Part shown: piece by piece, positions 18,184-28,094 of the stretch | Position numbering within the stretch: position 1 is the stretch's first letter | Layout of the letters: every line of letters starts with the position of its first letter | IMG/VR virus record: IMGVR_UViG_3300029267_001718 | Coordinates: 1 to 64,000 of that record | Source: a virus | DNA: 64,000 nucleotides | Strand: one strand, 5' to 3' | The notes under the pieces: generated by a model | Databases searched by the model: none | What the model saw: the letters and a program-made list of their open reading frames with translations, nothing else | Told to the model about the DNA's origin: nothing | Translations under genes and position numbers: made by a program

Positions 18184-19785
18184 ATGCCAAGCGAATTAGT
18201 ACGTGAACTTCTACGTGTCCCTGCTGCTATTCCAGTGGCGGTGGTTCCCTCTGATCCTGAAGCCGATACTGTAACGGTGAAGGGATTTGCATCGGTTGAA
18301 ATCGAAGACCGTTCGGGCGATCTTGTTGCTCCGGAGGAATTCGATATCGATCAATTCATGGCAGCACCGAGCCTGATGGTCAACCACAAACTGTGGGTAG
18401 ACCCTATGGGCAACGGAGTGGCCGTTGGTCGTCCGATGGAAATGTACGCGTCGAAACTCGTCGACATTGGTAGTGACGACAATTGGGGCGTGTACGATCT
18501 GAAGACACGCGAACTCGTCAACGAATATCCGAAGGTCAAAGTCCCGAAACTCAAAGCGGGGGATCGCGGGCTGTTCGTTGTGGTCGAAGTGACCGAGTAC
18601 GATGTCGTGAAGATGGTCAAACGTGGCGAACTGTCTTCCTTCTCTTGGCGTGGTCTAGTTCAAGTCGACTACCAAACAAATCCGGACGGCACTGTTTCCC
18701 GGGTGCTGAAGAACATCGATCTCTACGAAATTTCCCTCGTGAACGTAGCGGACAATCCGAGTTCGACGTTTATGGTCGGGAAAATGGTGGCGGGGAAATT
18801 CGAAGGTGAGCCGTCCGAGGATACCTTGGCGGTTCACGTCGTTCGACTTGACAAGAGTCGCTTCGAAACTGAAGTAATGGCTCTTGAATATCTGAAGAAT
18901 CACGATTTGGATTCTGAATCTGTGCGGTCGACTGACGAGGCATGGTTCGCACGTCAAAAACCCGCCGACGATTTCAGCAGTCTGAACGATCTTGTATCTG
19001 TGAAAATGAGCGACGGCGTTTTCGTTGTAGCTGGCCCGCTCACTGCCAGATTCTCTCCGCGTAAGGGTTTGAAAGATCCGCAACAACACTGGATCGGTCA
19101 ACTCCTTGGGAGTGAAGCTGCCGAAAATCTGACCAATTTGTATTCGCCTGGATCGGCTGGCGAGGACGCATCGAAAGATGGTCATACTTCATCCGCAAAG
19201 GAGAAAACGATGGCGGACGACGCTGCGGACAAGGGCCAGACGGACGATCAAACCGACGCTGGCGAAGACAAGGAAACCACCGAAACGCAGGAAACCCAAA
19301 CCGACGTGGAAAAGGGTCTTGCGAAATTGGCGGACGACGTTTCGACGAAAACGGCCAAGGCCGTCGCCGAAGCAATCGAGCCGCTGTTCGGCGGAGTTAC
19401 CGAATCCCTCAAAACCGTCTCGACTGGACTGGAGCAAATTTCGTCCAAGATGGCGACGGTCGAACCCGACGCGGACACCGAGACCGCGACGAAGGACGCA
19501 GACGAAACGGAAACCGAAACGGACGAAACGGAAAATACGGAAGACACGGAAACGGAACCCGATGGCGACACCAAGACCATCGAGAAAACGTTGGCGGGAC
19601 TCACCGATGGTCTCACCAAACTGAACGACAAGGTCGCGGAAGTTGCGAAGACCGCCGAGGGTCTCGCGAAAGCCGCCCCTTCCGGAACCGAACGGGACGA
19701 GAAAGTCGAAACCGAAAAGACCGGCGAGAAAGACCCGAACAACTGCTTCGACAGCACGTTCGCGTTCCTCGGCGGATCGGAGTAA
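18184..19785 (+). CDS. Prohead protease (HK97-type) with C-terminal scaffold region
   Basis: GFAS..EDRSGDLV, NH, LSSFSWRG, LYEISLVNVADN; acidic coiled-coil C-terminus. Confidence 0.85.
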   Translation: MPSELVRELLRVPAAIPVAVVPSDPEADTVTVKGFASVEIEDRSGDLVAPEEFDIDQFMAAPSLMVNHKLWVDPMGNGVAVGRPMEMYASKLVDIGSDDNWGVYDLKTRELVNEYPKVKVPKLKAGDRGLFVVVEVTEYDVVKMVKRGELSSFSWRGLVQVDYQTNPDGTVSRVLKNIDLYEISLVNVADNPSSTFMVGKMVAGKFEGEPSEDTLAVHVVRLDKSRFETEVMALEYLKNHDLDSESVRSTDEAWFARQKPADDFSSLNDLVSVKMSDGVFVVAGPLTARFSPRKGLKDPQQHWIGQLLGSEAAENLTNLYSPGSAGEDASKDGHTSSAKEKTMADDAADKGQTDDQTDAGEDKETTETQETQTDVEKGLAKLADDVSTKTAKAVAEAIEPLFGGVTESLKTVSTGLEQISSKMATVEPDADTETATKDADETETETDETENTEDTETEPDGDTKTIEKTLAGLTDGLTKLNDKVAEVAKTAEGLAKAAPSGTERDEKVETEKTGEKDPNNCFDSTFAFLGGSE

Positions 19786-19843
19786 CGTCCTCGGAGCCGG
19801 ATCGTATTTTCCGAAAATCAACCTCCATTTAAGGAGATAAACT

Positions 19844-20860
19844 GTGGGTTCTGAAATCAAGCTGCCGTTGGATCAACTCATGCAGAAGTCGGCAATCGAC
19901 GAGACTTCGCTGCCGAACTCTGTGTTGAACCGTCAGCAAGCGAATCGCTTCATCGATCTCGTTGTCAACGAGTCGGTGTTGCTCCAAGAAATTCGCGTCG
20001 TGCGGACGAACAACTCCAAGGGCGAAATCAACAAGTTGGATCTCGGTACGATTGTGACCGAGGGTGCACACACGACGAGTCGTGCATCGACGCGGACTCC
20101 CACCGAGTCGGTTGTCACCTACGACATGGAAAAGTATCGGTCGGCGTTCGATCTGAAGACCGATTTCATGGAAGACAACCTGGAACGGTCGGGCATTCGC
20201 GACACGCTTCTGAGCATGTTCACGAAGCGGATCGCAATCGACACCGAACTCGCGAGCATCGAAGGCGACGACTCTTTGCCCACTGGCGACAGCCAAACGG
20301 CGGAGAACAACCTTCTCGGCGTGAACGATGGCTTCAGCAAGATTCTGGGTGCGGAAGTTCCCGCTGCTCAGATCCTCGACGCTGGCGGTGCGGCTCCGTC
20401 CAAGAAGCTGTACTACGACGCCAAACGTCTCGTGCCGAGTCGCTACCGAGCGGCCAAACCCAACTACGTTTGGATCGTGCCGAGCGGTCCTGCGGATAAG
20501 TGGTCTCTCGACTGGAGCGACCGCGAAACTGCGGGCGGCGATGCAGCGATGCGGTTCAACAACCTCAAGTCGCGGATGCAGCCGGGACCGTGGGGCATTC
20601 CGATGTTGGAAGTCCCTCTCATGCCCGAGAATCTGTCGTTCGGCACTGCCGGGACGGACGGGAGCGAGATTTGGCTGACTCCGCTCAAGAACCTCGTCTA
20701 CTTCGTGAAGCGTGACATCACAATCGAGTTCGACCGACAACCGCGAGCCGACGTTTGGGAAGTGACGATCCACTTCCGCGTGGACTTCGAAGTCGAAGAA
20801 CCCGAAATGGTCGTCATCATTCAGAACGTCAGCATGAGTGGATCGGACTACACGGGCTAA
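19844..20860 (+). CDS. Major capsid protein
   Basis: AAGGAG RBS; LNRQQANRFID, EDNLE, NDGF, PLKNLVY..RDI; position after protease. Confidence 0.9.
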   Translation: MGSEIKLPLDQLMQKSAIDETSLPNSVLNRQQANRFIDLVVNESVLLQEIRVVRTNNSKGEINKLDLGTIVTEGAHTTSRASTRTPTESVVTYDMEKYRSAFDLKTDFMEDNLERSGIRDTLLSMFTKRIAIDTELASIEGDDSLPTGDSQTAENNLLGVNDGFSKILGAEVPAAQILDAGGAAPSKKLYYDAKRLVPSRYRAAKPNYVWIVPSGPADKWSLDWSDRETAGGDAAMRFNNLKSRMQPGPWGIPMLEVPLMPENLSFGTAGTDGSEIWLTPLKNLVYFVKRDITIEFDRQPRADVWEVTIHFRVDFEVEEPEMVVIIQNVSMSGSDYTG

Positions 20861-20908
20861 CCCGTCTTTCGATTCGCCAAGCAGGGGTTCCTACCTATCC
20901 GAACCTTC

Positions 20909-20949
20909 AAGGGCTCGGCGGGGTTTATCCCTGTCGAGCCCTTTGCTTT
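20909..20949 (+). terminator. Rho-independent terminator after capsid gene
   Basis: AAGGGCTCGGCGGG / CCTGTCGAGCCCTT stem followed by a T-rich tract. Confidence 0.75.
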
Positions 20950-20960
20950 AGGAGTTCGAA

Positions 20961-22160
20961 GTGGACGGGTTTCGGCACATTACGAAAGCGTCGGAGCCCT
21001 TAGTTGAACTGCCGGATGATTGGTCTTGCAAACGGATCTGTCTGAGGTTCACTGGAGGAATCGGCGATGTGCTCATGGCAATCGGCGGGACAGCGAAAAT
21101 GCTGAAGTCCCGCGAGTGCCATGTGACTGCTGCCGTTATGCCTCACATTCGCGGACTTGCGAAGCAACTGATCGGCGTAGATGACACGATTGAAACCACC
21201 GCTCTCAACTCTCCCGAGACACGTTTCAGCTTCGACATTGTCATCGAATTCAAGCGTGTGTTGAACCACATGCGATCATTGCGTGCGGAGGACTATTACA
21301 AACTCATCAGCGAACGTGTAGGGCGTACGGTCGAACCCGGGCAACTGCGGATCGAATACGCTCCGGAATTCCACGAGAACGCTCAAGTGATCGCGTTGCA
21401 TCCTGGGGCGTCGAATCCAAACCGTCGCTGGAGTGAGGAACGTTGGGAAGAACTAGCCACGAAGTTGGTCGCTCGCGGGCTATTTGTAATCTGGTTGGGA
21501 CCGAAGGATGAGTTTGGATTCACGAATGAACGGATGTTCAAGGCAAGCGACAAATCGGATTGTCTCGTGGATCAATCGAAACTATTAGCAAGCAGTCATT
21601 TTTTCATAGGAAACGATTCTGGTTTCTGTCACGTAGCGGGTTTGTTGGGCGTGCCAGGGTGTGTCATTTTTTCGGCGACTCATCCCGACACTGTCATCAA
21701 GCATTATCCGCTATTAACAGGGGTGCACGCGTTTGATAAGTTGGGGATCGAACCGACACGGAGCCTCGATGTTAAAGATTCCGTCTCGTTGTGGGCAGCT
21801 GACTCGGTGCTAGTTGACGAGGTTTTGAATTCAACACCTTACGGCGATTGGCCCGAAGTCGTGAAACCGCCAAGCGGTGAACGACACGCGACACGACATA
21901 CACTGTTGGCATTGGAGCCGACGACACTGAAGGCCGCAAGCTACTTGGATGATTTGGAGGAATTTTTCGGCATTCATCGTTTTCCGACACTTCCGGACGA
22001 CTGGAGCGGATTCGACGCAGTAGTCACGGTGGATGTTCCGAATACAACACTATTCAACGGTGAACCGTGGAAGCCGAACGTTTACCTGTCGACGGCACAA
22101 CCCATCGAAGTTGCTCGGCGAATGATTCGCGAAGTCATAAATTCCGAGGATGTGCAATGA
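20961..22160 (+). CDS. GT9 (ADP-heptose:LPS heptosyltransferase-like) glycosyltransferase
   Basis: GGIGDVL, IALHPGAS..NRRW, FIGNDSGFCHVA. Confidence 0.9.
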   Translation: MDGFRHITKASEPLVELPDDWSCKRICLRFTGGIGDVLMAIGGTAKMLKSRECHVTAAVMPHIRGLAKQLIGVDDTIETTALNSPETRFSFDIVIEFKRVLNHMRSLRAEDYYKLISERVGRTVEPGQLRIEYAPEFHENAQVIALHPGASNPNRRWSEERWEELATKLVARGLFVIWLGPKDEFGFTNERMFKASDKSDCLVDQSKLLASSHFFIGNDSGFCHVAGLLGVPGCVIFSATHPDTVIKHYPLLTGVHAFDKLGIEPTRSLDVKDSVSLWAADSVLVDEVLNSTPYGDWPEVVKPPSGERHATRHTLLALEPTTLKAASYLDDLEEFFGIHRFPTLPDDWSGFDAVVTVDVPNTTLFNGEPWKPNVYLSTAQPIEVARRMIREVINSEDVQ

Positions 22161-22522
22161 GTGACGCAGCTGCAAATACAAATGATTCGGTATTCTCCAA
22201 AGAGGCTTGTGACAATCGCCACAAGGAACTGGAGAAAACGATGGCAACCCGACACACTTTCAATAAGTGGATGTTGAGTATCATCCTTGGCATGATGACG
22301 CTGTTCGTCGCGGGGGCGGGCGTGTCTGTATTCAAGGGTGGCGTTGCTCACGATAAAGCGACCAGTGTCGAATACAAATTGGAAGCAAGCAAGGAGGTTT
22401 TGTCTCAACAAATAACCTCCGTTAAGGAAGACGTGACTGAGATCAAGGAAGACATGGCAAAACAAACTCGCATGATTGAGGAAATCTGGCGAAACGGACA
22501 CCTTCGGGAAGCGGAAAATTGA
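22157..22522 (+). CDS. Single-TM coiled-coil membrane protein (holin-like candidate)
   Basis: Hydrophobic WMLSIILGMMTLFVAGAGVSV followed by heptad repeats. Confidence 0.5.
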   Translation: MSDAAANTNDSVFSKEACDNRHKELEKTMATRHTFNKWMLSIILGMMTLFVAGAGVSVFKGGVAHDKATSVEYKLEASKEVLSQQITSVKEDVTEIKEDMAKQTRMIEEIWRNGHLREAEN

Positions 22523-22668
22523 TTAGCGGAATTCTCAAAGGGAAATTGCGTAGGATCGCTGCGGGGGACACTTGGAGTGGGACTAACGAAAGTGCTCCTG
22601 GGTTGTTGGAATTGGATTTTCATTTCCCGATTGATACTGAAGGATCTCGACAGGAGTTTGTAAAATAA
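22519..22668 (+). CDS. 49-aa ORF, possible C-terminal gene remnant
   Basis: TTG overlaps the upstream TGA; LISGILKGKLRRIAAGDT...LLELDFHFPIDTEGSRQEFVK*. Confidence 0.4.
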   Translation: MISGILKGKLRRIAAGDTWSGTNESAPGLLELDFHFPIDTEGSRQEFVK

Positions 22669-22675
22669 GGAGTGA

Positions 22676-22963
22676 ATGATGCCGAACACTGGCACGCAAA
22701 CGTTGACAGCTTCCGAGGATCTGATTTTCAAAGATCCAGCTGGTTGCACGTCCTATTCGATCAAAAACTTGAGTTCGTCGGCGGGCAACGCTCAGATTCA
22801 CGTGGACACGCTTCACGACGATGGTGAGTTCTTCGAAATTGAGCCCGGGGATGAGTACATTTTCCGACTCAATCATTTGGGGATTCGCCGAATCACGGGC
22901 AAGGCTCCGAGTGGTGCTGACATTCTCAAAGGGGTTGTCGCGAAGACCGTACCCGAAGGCTAA
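22676..22963 (+). CDS. Small beta-rich putative virion protein
   Basis: TAAGGAG RBS; coupled to the LamG-like triplet. Confidence 0.6.
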   Translation: MMPNTGTQTLTASEDLIFKDPAGCTSYSIKNLSSSAGNAQIHVDTLHDDGEFFEIEPGDEYIFRLNHLGIRRITGKAPSGADILKGVVAKTVPEG

Positions 22964-23727
22964 TGTCTGATGCTCTTGCTACAGGATTGGCAACGCATCG
23001 AAACAAGATGCGTCCGTACCCACCACCGTTCAAGACTGGCCTAGTCGGATGGTGGGACGCTGCCGATCTGTCTACGATCACGGAGTCGGGCGGAAAAGTC
23101 AGTCAATTCGATGACAAATCAGGTCTCGGCAATCATCTTGTGCAGGGGACGGGGGCGAATCAACCAAGCACCGGATTAGTGACTCGTAATTCTCTGAACA
23201 CTCTCTACTTCGCGGGCGGAAACAACGCAGTCGGAAGTTGGATTCGGAAACTCGGTTTCAACCAAACGAGTGCTCAAGAATTCTTTGTCGTGTTTCAACC
23301 GTACAGCACGCAACCGTTGGGCGGAATTGCGGGATTGTGGTCGGCGGATAATGACCGAGGTAACGTGCGAGCTAGTGCTGCAGGACTTCGGTTTCGATAC
23401 AACAATGATGTTGTGATCCCGGGAGCCCCGGGCGACAAAAACGAATTGGGGCATCAAACCGGCGAGTGGAATCCGAACGGCACAATCGGTAGCGTGGTGA
23501 CAGATCTTGACATAGCAAATGATGTGTGGTCACGCGTGCACATGACACGAGGAAATCCAGATAGCGGTGGGAGCGTTTACACGACGTTTCGACTCGGCGG
23601 GGACAAGGTTGCAGGCGGACGACACTTGCGTTTTGATTTTGCTGAGTTGCTGATCTACAATCAAACTCTGACGACAGCGGAGCGTGCGGAAACTGATCTT
23701 TACCTCCGACTGAAGTGGGCATTATGA
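22963..23727 (+). CDS. LamG/ConA-like putative virion lectin, paralog 1
   Basis: WWDAADLSTI...DDKSG.GNH..Q...NQP and AELLIYN..L...E...YL..KW. Confidence 0.7.
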   Translation: MSDALATGLATHRNKMRPYPPPFKTGLVGWWDAADLSTITESGGKVSQFDDKSGLGNHLVQGTGANQPSTGLVTRNSLNTLYFAGGNNAVGSWIRKLGFNQTSAQEFFVVFQPYSTQPLGGIAGLWSADNDRGNVRASAAGLRFRYNNDVVIPGAPGDKNELGHQTGEWNPNGTIGSVVTDLDIANDVWSRVHMTRGNPDSGGSVYTTFRLGGDKVAGGRHLRFDFAELLIYNQTLTTAERAETDLYLRLKWAL

Positions 23728-24440
23728 GCGACGGACTTGCAACTGGACTGGCGACTTCGAAAGGTGGGAAGGGATTGAAGAGTCCCAAAGTCCTGGCCGA
23801 TCTGCTTGCGTGGTATGATGCTCAAGACTTGGGTACAATCACCGAAGCTGCGGGGAAAGTTTCGCAGTGGGATGATAAGTCAGGCAACGGATACCATGTG
23901 TCGCAAGGTGCGGGTGCGAATCAGCCAAGTCTGAGCACCTTAAACGGTTTGAGTGCGATTGAATTTGTGAAAGCGAACAACACGCACTTGGATGGGGTGA
24001 GTTGGTCGCCGCAGTCGCCTACAACGATATTCCTTGTGTATGAGCTTACAAGCCCATTGAATAGTGCGTTTGGACGAGTGTTCTGGGGCGGGAGTGATGA
24101 CAGACTTCGATACCAGAAACGAAGCGGCAGTAATGCACATGGGCGTTGGATGCACGAGAATAGCTCGATCAACGGTTCATCGTTTAGCACCGATCCTGAG
24201 TACGCTTCGCTTGTCTATAATGCGGCGAGTAGTTTTGGACGAGTCAACGGTGTGCAAGACTTGTCGGGAAATGTGGGAACGAGGACACCTTCTGCAACAG
24301 GGTTGTCGATTGGTGCGGAGGCTGACGGATCAATTGCCCTTGATTTTACGTTGGGAGAATTCATCTGGTACGATAGACTTCTCACTGATAACGAGATTTT
24401 GCTGATGGAAACTTATCTCGCGAATCGTTGGGGTATTTGA
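23724..24440 (+). CDS. LamG/ConA-like putative virion lectin, paralog 2
   Basis: Same terminal motifs (WYDAQD...WDDKSGNG; GEFIWYDRLL...YLANRW). Confidence 0.7.
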   Translation: MSDGLATGLATSKGGKGLKSPKVLADLLAWYDAQDLGTITEAAGKVSQWDDKSGNGYHVSQGAGANQPSLSTLNGLSAIEFVKANNTHLDGVSWSPQSPTTIFLVYELTSPLNSAFGRVFWGGSDDRLRYQKRSGSNAHGRWMHENSSINGSSFSTDPEYASLVYNAASSFGRVNGVQDLSGNVGTRTPSATGLSIGAEADGSIALDFTLGEFIWYDRLLTDNEILLMETYLANRWGI

Positions 24441-25174
24441 TGGATGAGTTAGGACTGGCAACTGGAATCGCGGTACGACGCTCGGAGTCTCGCTGGAGAT
24501 CTCTGATGCGTTCTGTAGTGATTGGTTGGTGGGATGCGTCTGACTTGTCCACAATTACGGAAGCCGCTGGAAAGGTGAGCCAACTCGATGACAAATCGGG
24601 CAACGGTAATCACATGACGCAAGCGAGCGGGAGTCTGCAACCCACGACAGGAACGCGAAGTCAAAATGGTTTGAACGTTCTCGATTTTGTTCCGAGCAAT
24701 CGGTTGGCGAGTCCGTTACATCCAACGAAACCACATACCATGTTTGCGGTGGGAAAAGGCGACGGCGGCGTAGCCAATGCATTTGACGACGGGTTTTTGG
24801 CGGCACGTTGGAAGAACGGGATCGATCATCATATTTCGTTCAATCAGCGGGGGTGGGGGCGATTTCAAAACGGGCAAAATAACATGGTAGCGGCTGACGC
24901 TACAGTACCTCGATTGCTGAGTGGTTCGGAAGTATCTGGCGGTTCTCCTAATGCTCGTGCGTGGTTGAACGGAAGTTTGATCGGCACAAATAGCGGAGCG
25001 ACGTTGGATTGGAACGCGAATCTCCGTTGGGGACTTGGCGGACCAGCCCCGTTGCCCCTATCGAGACACTATTTGAATGGATGGATCGGAGAGGCTATAA
25101 TCTGTAGTGTTGAATTGGCGGACGCGGATCGCCAACTGTTTGAGAATTATCTCTTAACGAAGTGGGGTATCTGA
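24440..25174 (+). CDS. LamG/ConA-like putative virion lectin, paralog 3
   Basis: Same terminal motifs (WWDASD...DDKSGNGNH; IGEAII...YLLTKW). Confidence 0.7.
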   Translation: MDELGLATGIAVRRSESRWRSLMRSVVIGWWDASDLSTITEAAGKVSQLDDKSGNGNHMTQASGSLQPTTGTRSQNGLNVLDFVPSNRLASPLHPTKPHTMFAVGKGDGGVANAFDDGFLAARWKNGIDHHISFNQRGWGRFQNGQNNMVAADATVPRLLSGSEVSGGSPNARAWLNGSLIGTNSGATLDWNANLRWGLGGPAPLPLSRHYLNGWIGEAIICSVELADADRQLFENYLLTKWGI

Positions 25175-25533
25175 TGCTTGCCTACGTCTTTGCGACTGAA
25201 GCCGATGCGAATACTGCAGTCCCTCAAATTGAGGCGGCGATGCGTGGTATCTTGGCGAGTGTGGGATTCACGATTGACGAGGATGGTCACCTAGTCGGGA
25301 AGCGTGCTTCGACGGGTGAGGATCGTCCGGACGCACAACACACGGAGAAGTGGGGAGATCCGTTTATTTTGACGGACGGGAAGTGGGCGATTGCTTCCTA
25401 CCGTGAGAATTTCTCACGTGAGGTTGAGGGCGTTCCGCTCTGGCAAAACATCGATGCTGCGATCACGGTAGCATTCAATCATAAGGACGTGTCGGATCTC
25501 ATTCCGATACCTCCGGAGTACCCCGAGGACTGA
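25174..25533 (+). CDS. Hypothetical protein
   Basis: TGATG overlap with the upstream gene. Confidence 0.6.
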   Translation: MLAYVFATEADANTAVPQIEAAMRGILASVGFTIDEDGHLVGKRASTGEDRPDAQHTEKWGDPFILTDGKWAIASYRENFSREVEGVPLWQNIDAAITVAFNHKDVSDLIPIPPEYPED

Positions 25534-25534
25534 C

Positions 25535-26230
25535 ATGGGAAACTACGTCACTGTCGCTGAAGTCCGAGCATTCAAAATCGCGGGCGAAGTGATCGATTTG
25601 TCTGCCTACACGGATGACGAAGTGGAGGAACACATCGGTCTTTCGGAATCGTTCGTCGAGGCGATCTGCAATGATATCTTCTACGCGAAAGATGAGACGA
25701 ATCGTTTCGATGGCAACGGTTTGACGCAGCTACATTTTCAACCGTTGGTTGTCTACCCATTGATTTCGATTGTCAGCTGCAAGGATATTGATATCGATGG
25801 GGCGGAACTGGAAGAGTATGTGGAGGGGGATGACTTTGTTCGATACGATCATTACATTCAGACTGCTCTCGCATTCCCCGAAGATCGCCCGAGACGTGGT
25901 GTTTTTCGCGGCGGCGTTTGGCCAAAAGGCCAGAAAAATATTGTGGTTGAAGGACGTTGGGGACGTGAAGAAACCCCTCCGGAAATCAAGCGGGCAGTCA
26001 TGCTACTGACGTTGGAATCGTTGCAACCGGGATCGACGAAGCAAGTTCCGGTCGACGCACAGCAAATCATTTGGCCTGACTTCACTGTCACGTTCAAAGG
26101 TACGGCGGAAAGCATTGGAATGGAGACTGGTTTTCCTCAAGTTGATCGGTTACTCTACAACTACGTCAACTGGGTGGATCTATTCCAAGTGGTATCCGAC
26201 AAACGTGGAGAACATGACCGTGATTTATAG
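25535..26230 (+). CDS. Head-tail adaptor-like protein
   Basis: YVTVAEVR start, NIVVEGRWG..ETPPEIKRAV. Confidence 0.7.
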   Translation: MGNYVTVAEVRAFKIAGEVIDLSAYTDDEVEEHIGLSESFVEAICNDIFYAKDETNRFDGNGLTQLHFQPLVVYPLISIVSCKDIDIDGAELEEYVEGDDFVRYDHYIQTALAFPEDRPRRGVFRGGVWPKGQKNIVVEGRWGREETPPEIKRAVMLLTLESLQPGSTKQVPVDAQQIIWPDFTVTFKGTAESIGMETGFPQVDRLLYNYVNWVDLFQVVSDKRGEHDRDL

Positions 26231-27194
26231 AATTCCGAAGTGGTTCGGACGACTCGGCAATAATCTGATTCAGATCAGCAATTGCCTCTGGTCTGCGTAC
26301 ACGACACACGGGGCGTTTGAGATGCCTGAGCATGATAATATCGCTCAAATCTCGGAACGTTTTTGTATGCCTGGGCAGATCAATCCCGAAGTGGTTTCGG
26401 AAGCGACGGCGGCACAAACGTTTCACGGTCCCCCGCTCAGTGGGCGAACTCCAAAATTCTTTGAGTTCGTTCGTGACGCTGCACGGTCGACGCTTTATCA
26501 GGCGTTGGAATTCCCGCTGAAGAATCAAGATCCGTTGCCTGAGAACACGTTGGTTGTGCACGTGCGGTCGACGGACATTGTGAGGTATCGTCAATCGTCA
26601 AAAGTCAACAAGACTTACATGTGCAATCCGATCACATTCTTTGACGATGCAGCGAAACAATTCGACCATGTGATTGTTCTCTCTCAATCGGATCAGCACC
26701 CGTTGCTGACTTATTTTCAGGAACGCGACTGGGAGATCCGGACGGGTGGCACAATCGAAGAGGACGCGGCTCTGATCCTTCGTGCACAAAATCTTTGTAT
26801 CGGTAGCACATCGTCATTCAGTGCGATGCTCGGGTTGTGCTCGCAGCATTTGAAACGGATCTACCTGTCTTCGTTGAGTCATCAGCAATGGAAGTGCCCG
26901 ATTGATTCGTTTTTCTATCATGTGTCGATTGAGAAGCATTTCTATCTGTACCCGATGCAGTGGATTGAAACACAAAAGAACACGCATGGGGCGGCATTCC
27001 TTCGGATGCTCGTCGAGTTTCCTGTTCGCAAAATGTCGAAGCTGCGGTTCAATCGTCGGCAACTGGTCGACGCGAGTATTCCGAGGCTGATCGAATGGCA
27101 GAAATTTCACAAACGGACGGACAAACCTGATCCCCCATTTCCAGTGAGTCTTGACGTGGAAAAACCACCCGAAGGTGAGTCCGATGCTGTATAG
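26214..27194 (+). CDS. GT11-like (alpha-1,2-fucosyltransferase-like) glycosyltransferase
   Basis: GRLGNNLIQ, VVHVRSTD, ED..LI, SSFS motifs. Confidence 0.7.
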   Translation: MTVIYRIPKWFGRLGNNLIQISNCLWSAYTTHGAFEMPEHDNIAQISERFCMPGQINPEVVSEATAAQTFHGPPLSGRTPKFFEFVRDAARSTLYQALEFPLKNQDPLPENTLVVHVRSTDIVRYRQSSKVNKTYMCNPITFFDDAAKQFDHVIVLSQSDQHPLLTYFQERDWEIRTGGTIEEDAALILRAQNLCIGSTSSFSAMLGLCSQHLKRIYLSSLSHQQWKCPIDSFFYHVSIEKHFYLYPMQWIETQKNTHGAAFLRMLVEFPVRKMSKLRFNRRQLVDASIPRLIEWQKFHKRTDKPDPPFPVSLDVEKPPEGESDAV

Positions 27195-27579
27195 CGTTTA
27201 TCCTCTCTACGGAATGGTCAACAAGATGACCGTGGTTCGCATCGCCAACGCGGATGACGGAGCGGGTGGGTTGACTCCAAGCGGATCGGAAACAGTGATC
27301 TATGAGGATCGCGACTGTCGGATCGCGTTGATGAGCGACGAGGATCAACAGCAACTTTTCGGCAACGCATCTCGCTACCGTTGGAAGTGCTTGTGTCCCT
27401 ATTCTCCGGATATTCAAAAGTCTGATTTCATTCGCATCGCTGCGGGTGCGTATCCGTACGACTTGACAGGACAAACCGACTATCGAGTTTGTTGGGTGAG
27501 ACCGCAACAAGACGACCGTGGTGGATTGCACCACACGTCTTTCGTGATGGAGTTGGAAGACCAAGATACGGGTGTCTGA
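27184..27579 (+). CDS. Head-closure (stopper)-like protein
   Basis: DDGAGG motif, size and position. Confidence 0.6.
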   Translation: MLYSVYPLYGMVNKMTVVRIANADDGAGGLTPSGSETVIYEDRDCRIALMSDEDQQQLFGNASRYRWKCLCPYSPDIQKSDFIRIAAGAYPYDLTGQTDYRVCWVRPQQDDRGGLHHTSFVMELEDQDTGV

Positions 27580-28094
27580 TGGCGACTGGGTTCTTCATTA
27601 CTGAAATCGGGATAGACCGTGCAGCCCGAACGCTCGCGAAGTGGGCGAAGTTCGCTCCGATGGTCACGGCTCAAGCTATGCACACGTCGGCGGAAATGAT
27701 CCTCGTTCCAGGTATCCGAGCGGAAATCCGGAAGAATCGGTCGATCTTTCGGGGGCAACTCTCACAAAAAGTCGACGTGCGTGCTATCGTCGTCGGCGGG
27801 AACCCGGGCGTGGAGGTTGGGTCTTTGGGGGTTCCATACGGGGAAGCTGTGGAAAAGGGCACGAAGCCGCATTCTGCCGACATGTCGAAATTGGTACAAT
27901 ACGCCCAGAAAAAGATGGGGGCGACGGGGGATCGTGCGATATCATTGGCGGCAGCGATTCATGCGACAATCGAAGAGGAAGGGACCAAACCGCACCCGTT
28001 CATTATCCCTGCGTGGGTGGCTCTGAAGGATCTGTACTACAGAGACACTGTGCGGCGTTTGCGGACACTCTTTTTAGGACTGGCGTCTGTCTAA
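27579..28094 (+). CDS. HK97 gp10-like neck protein
   Basis: YGEAVEKGTKPH and GTKPHPFIIPA. Confidence 0.8.
   Translation: MATGFFITEIGIDRAARTLAKWAKFAPMVTAQAMHTSAEMILVPGIRAEIRKNRSIFRGQLSQKVDVRAIVVGGNPGVEVGSLGVPYGEAVEKGTKPHSADMSKLVQYAQKKMGATGDRAISLAAAIHATIEEEGTKPHPFIIPAWVALKDLYYRDTVRRLRTLFLGLASV

Noticed and set aside
19470-19570. GAAACGGA-like short repeats
   Set aside because: Explained by low-complexity E/T/D coding in the scaffold region.
22559-22572. Additional copy of the 16-bp motif
   Set aside because: Only the GGGGACAC half matches; the CCC core is missing.
22963-25174. Diversity-generating retroelement acting on the lectin paralogs
   Set aside because: No reverse transcriptase in the window and no template/variable repeat pair differing only at adenines.
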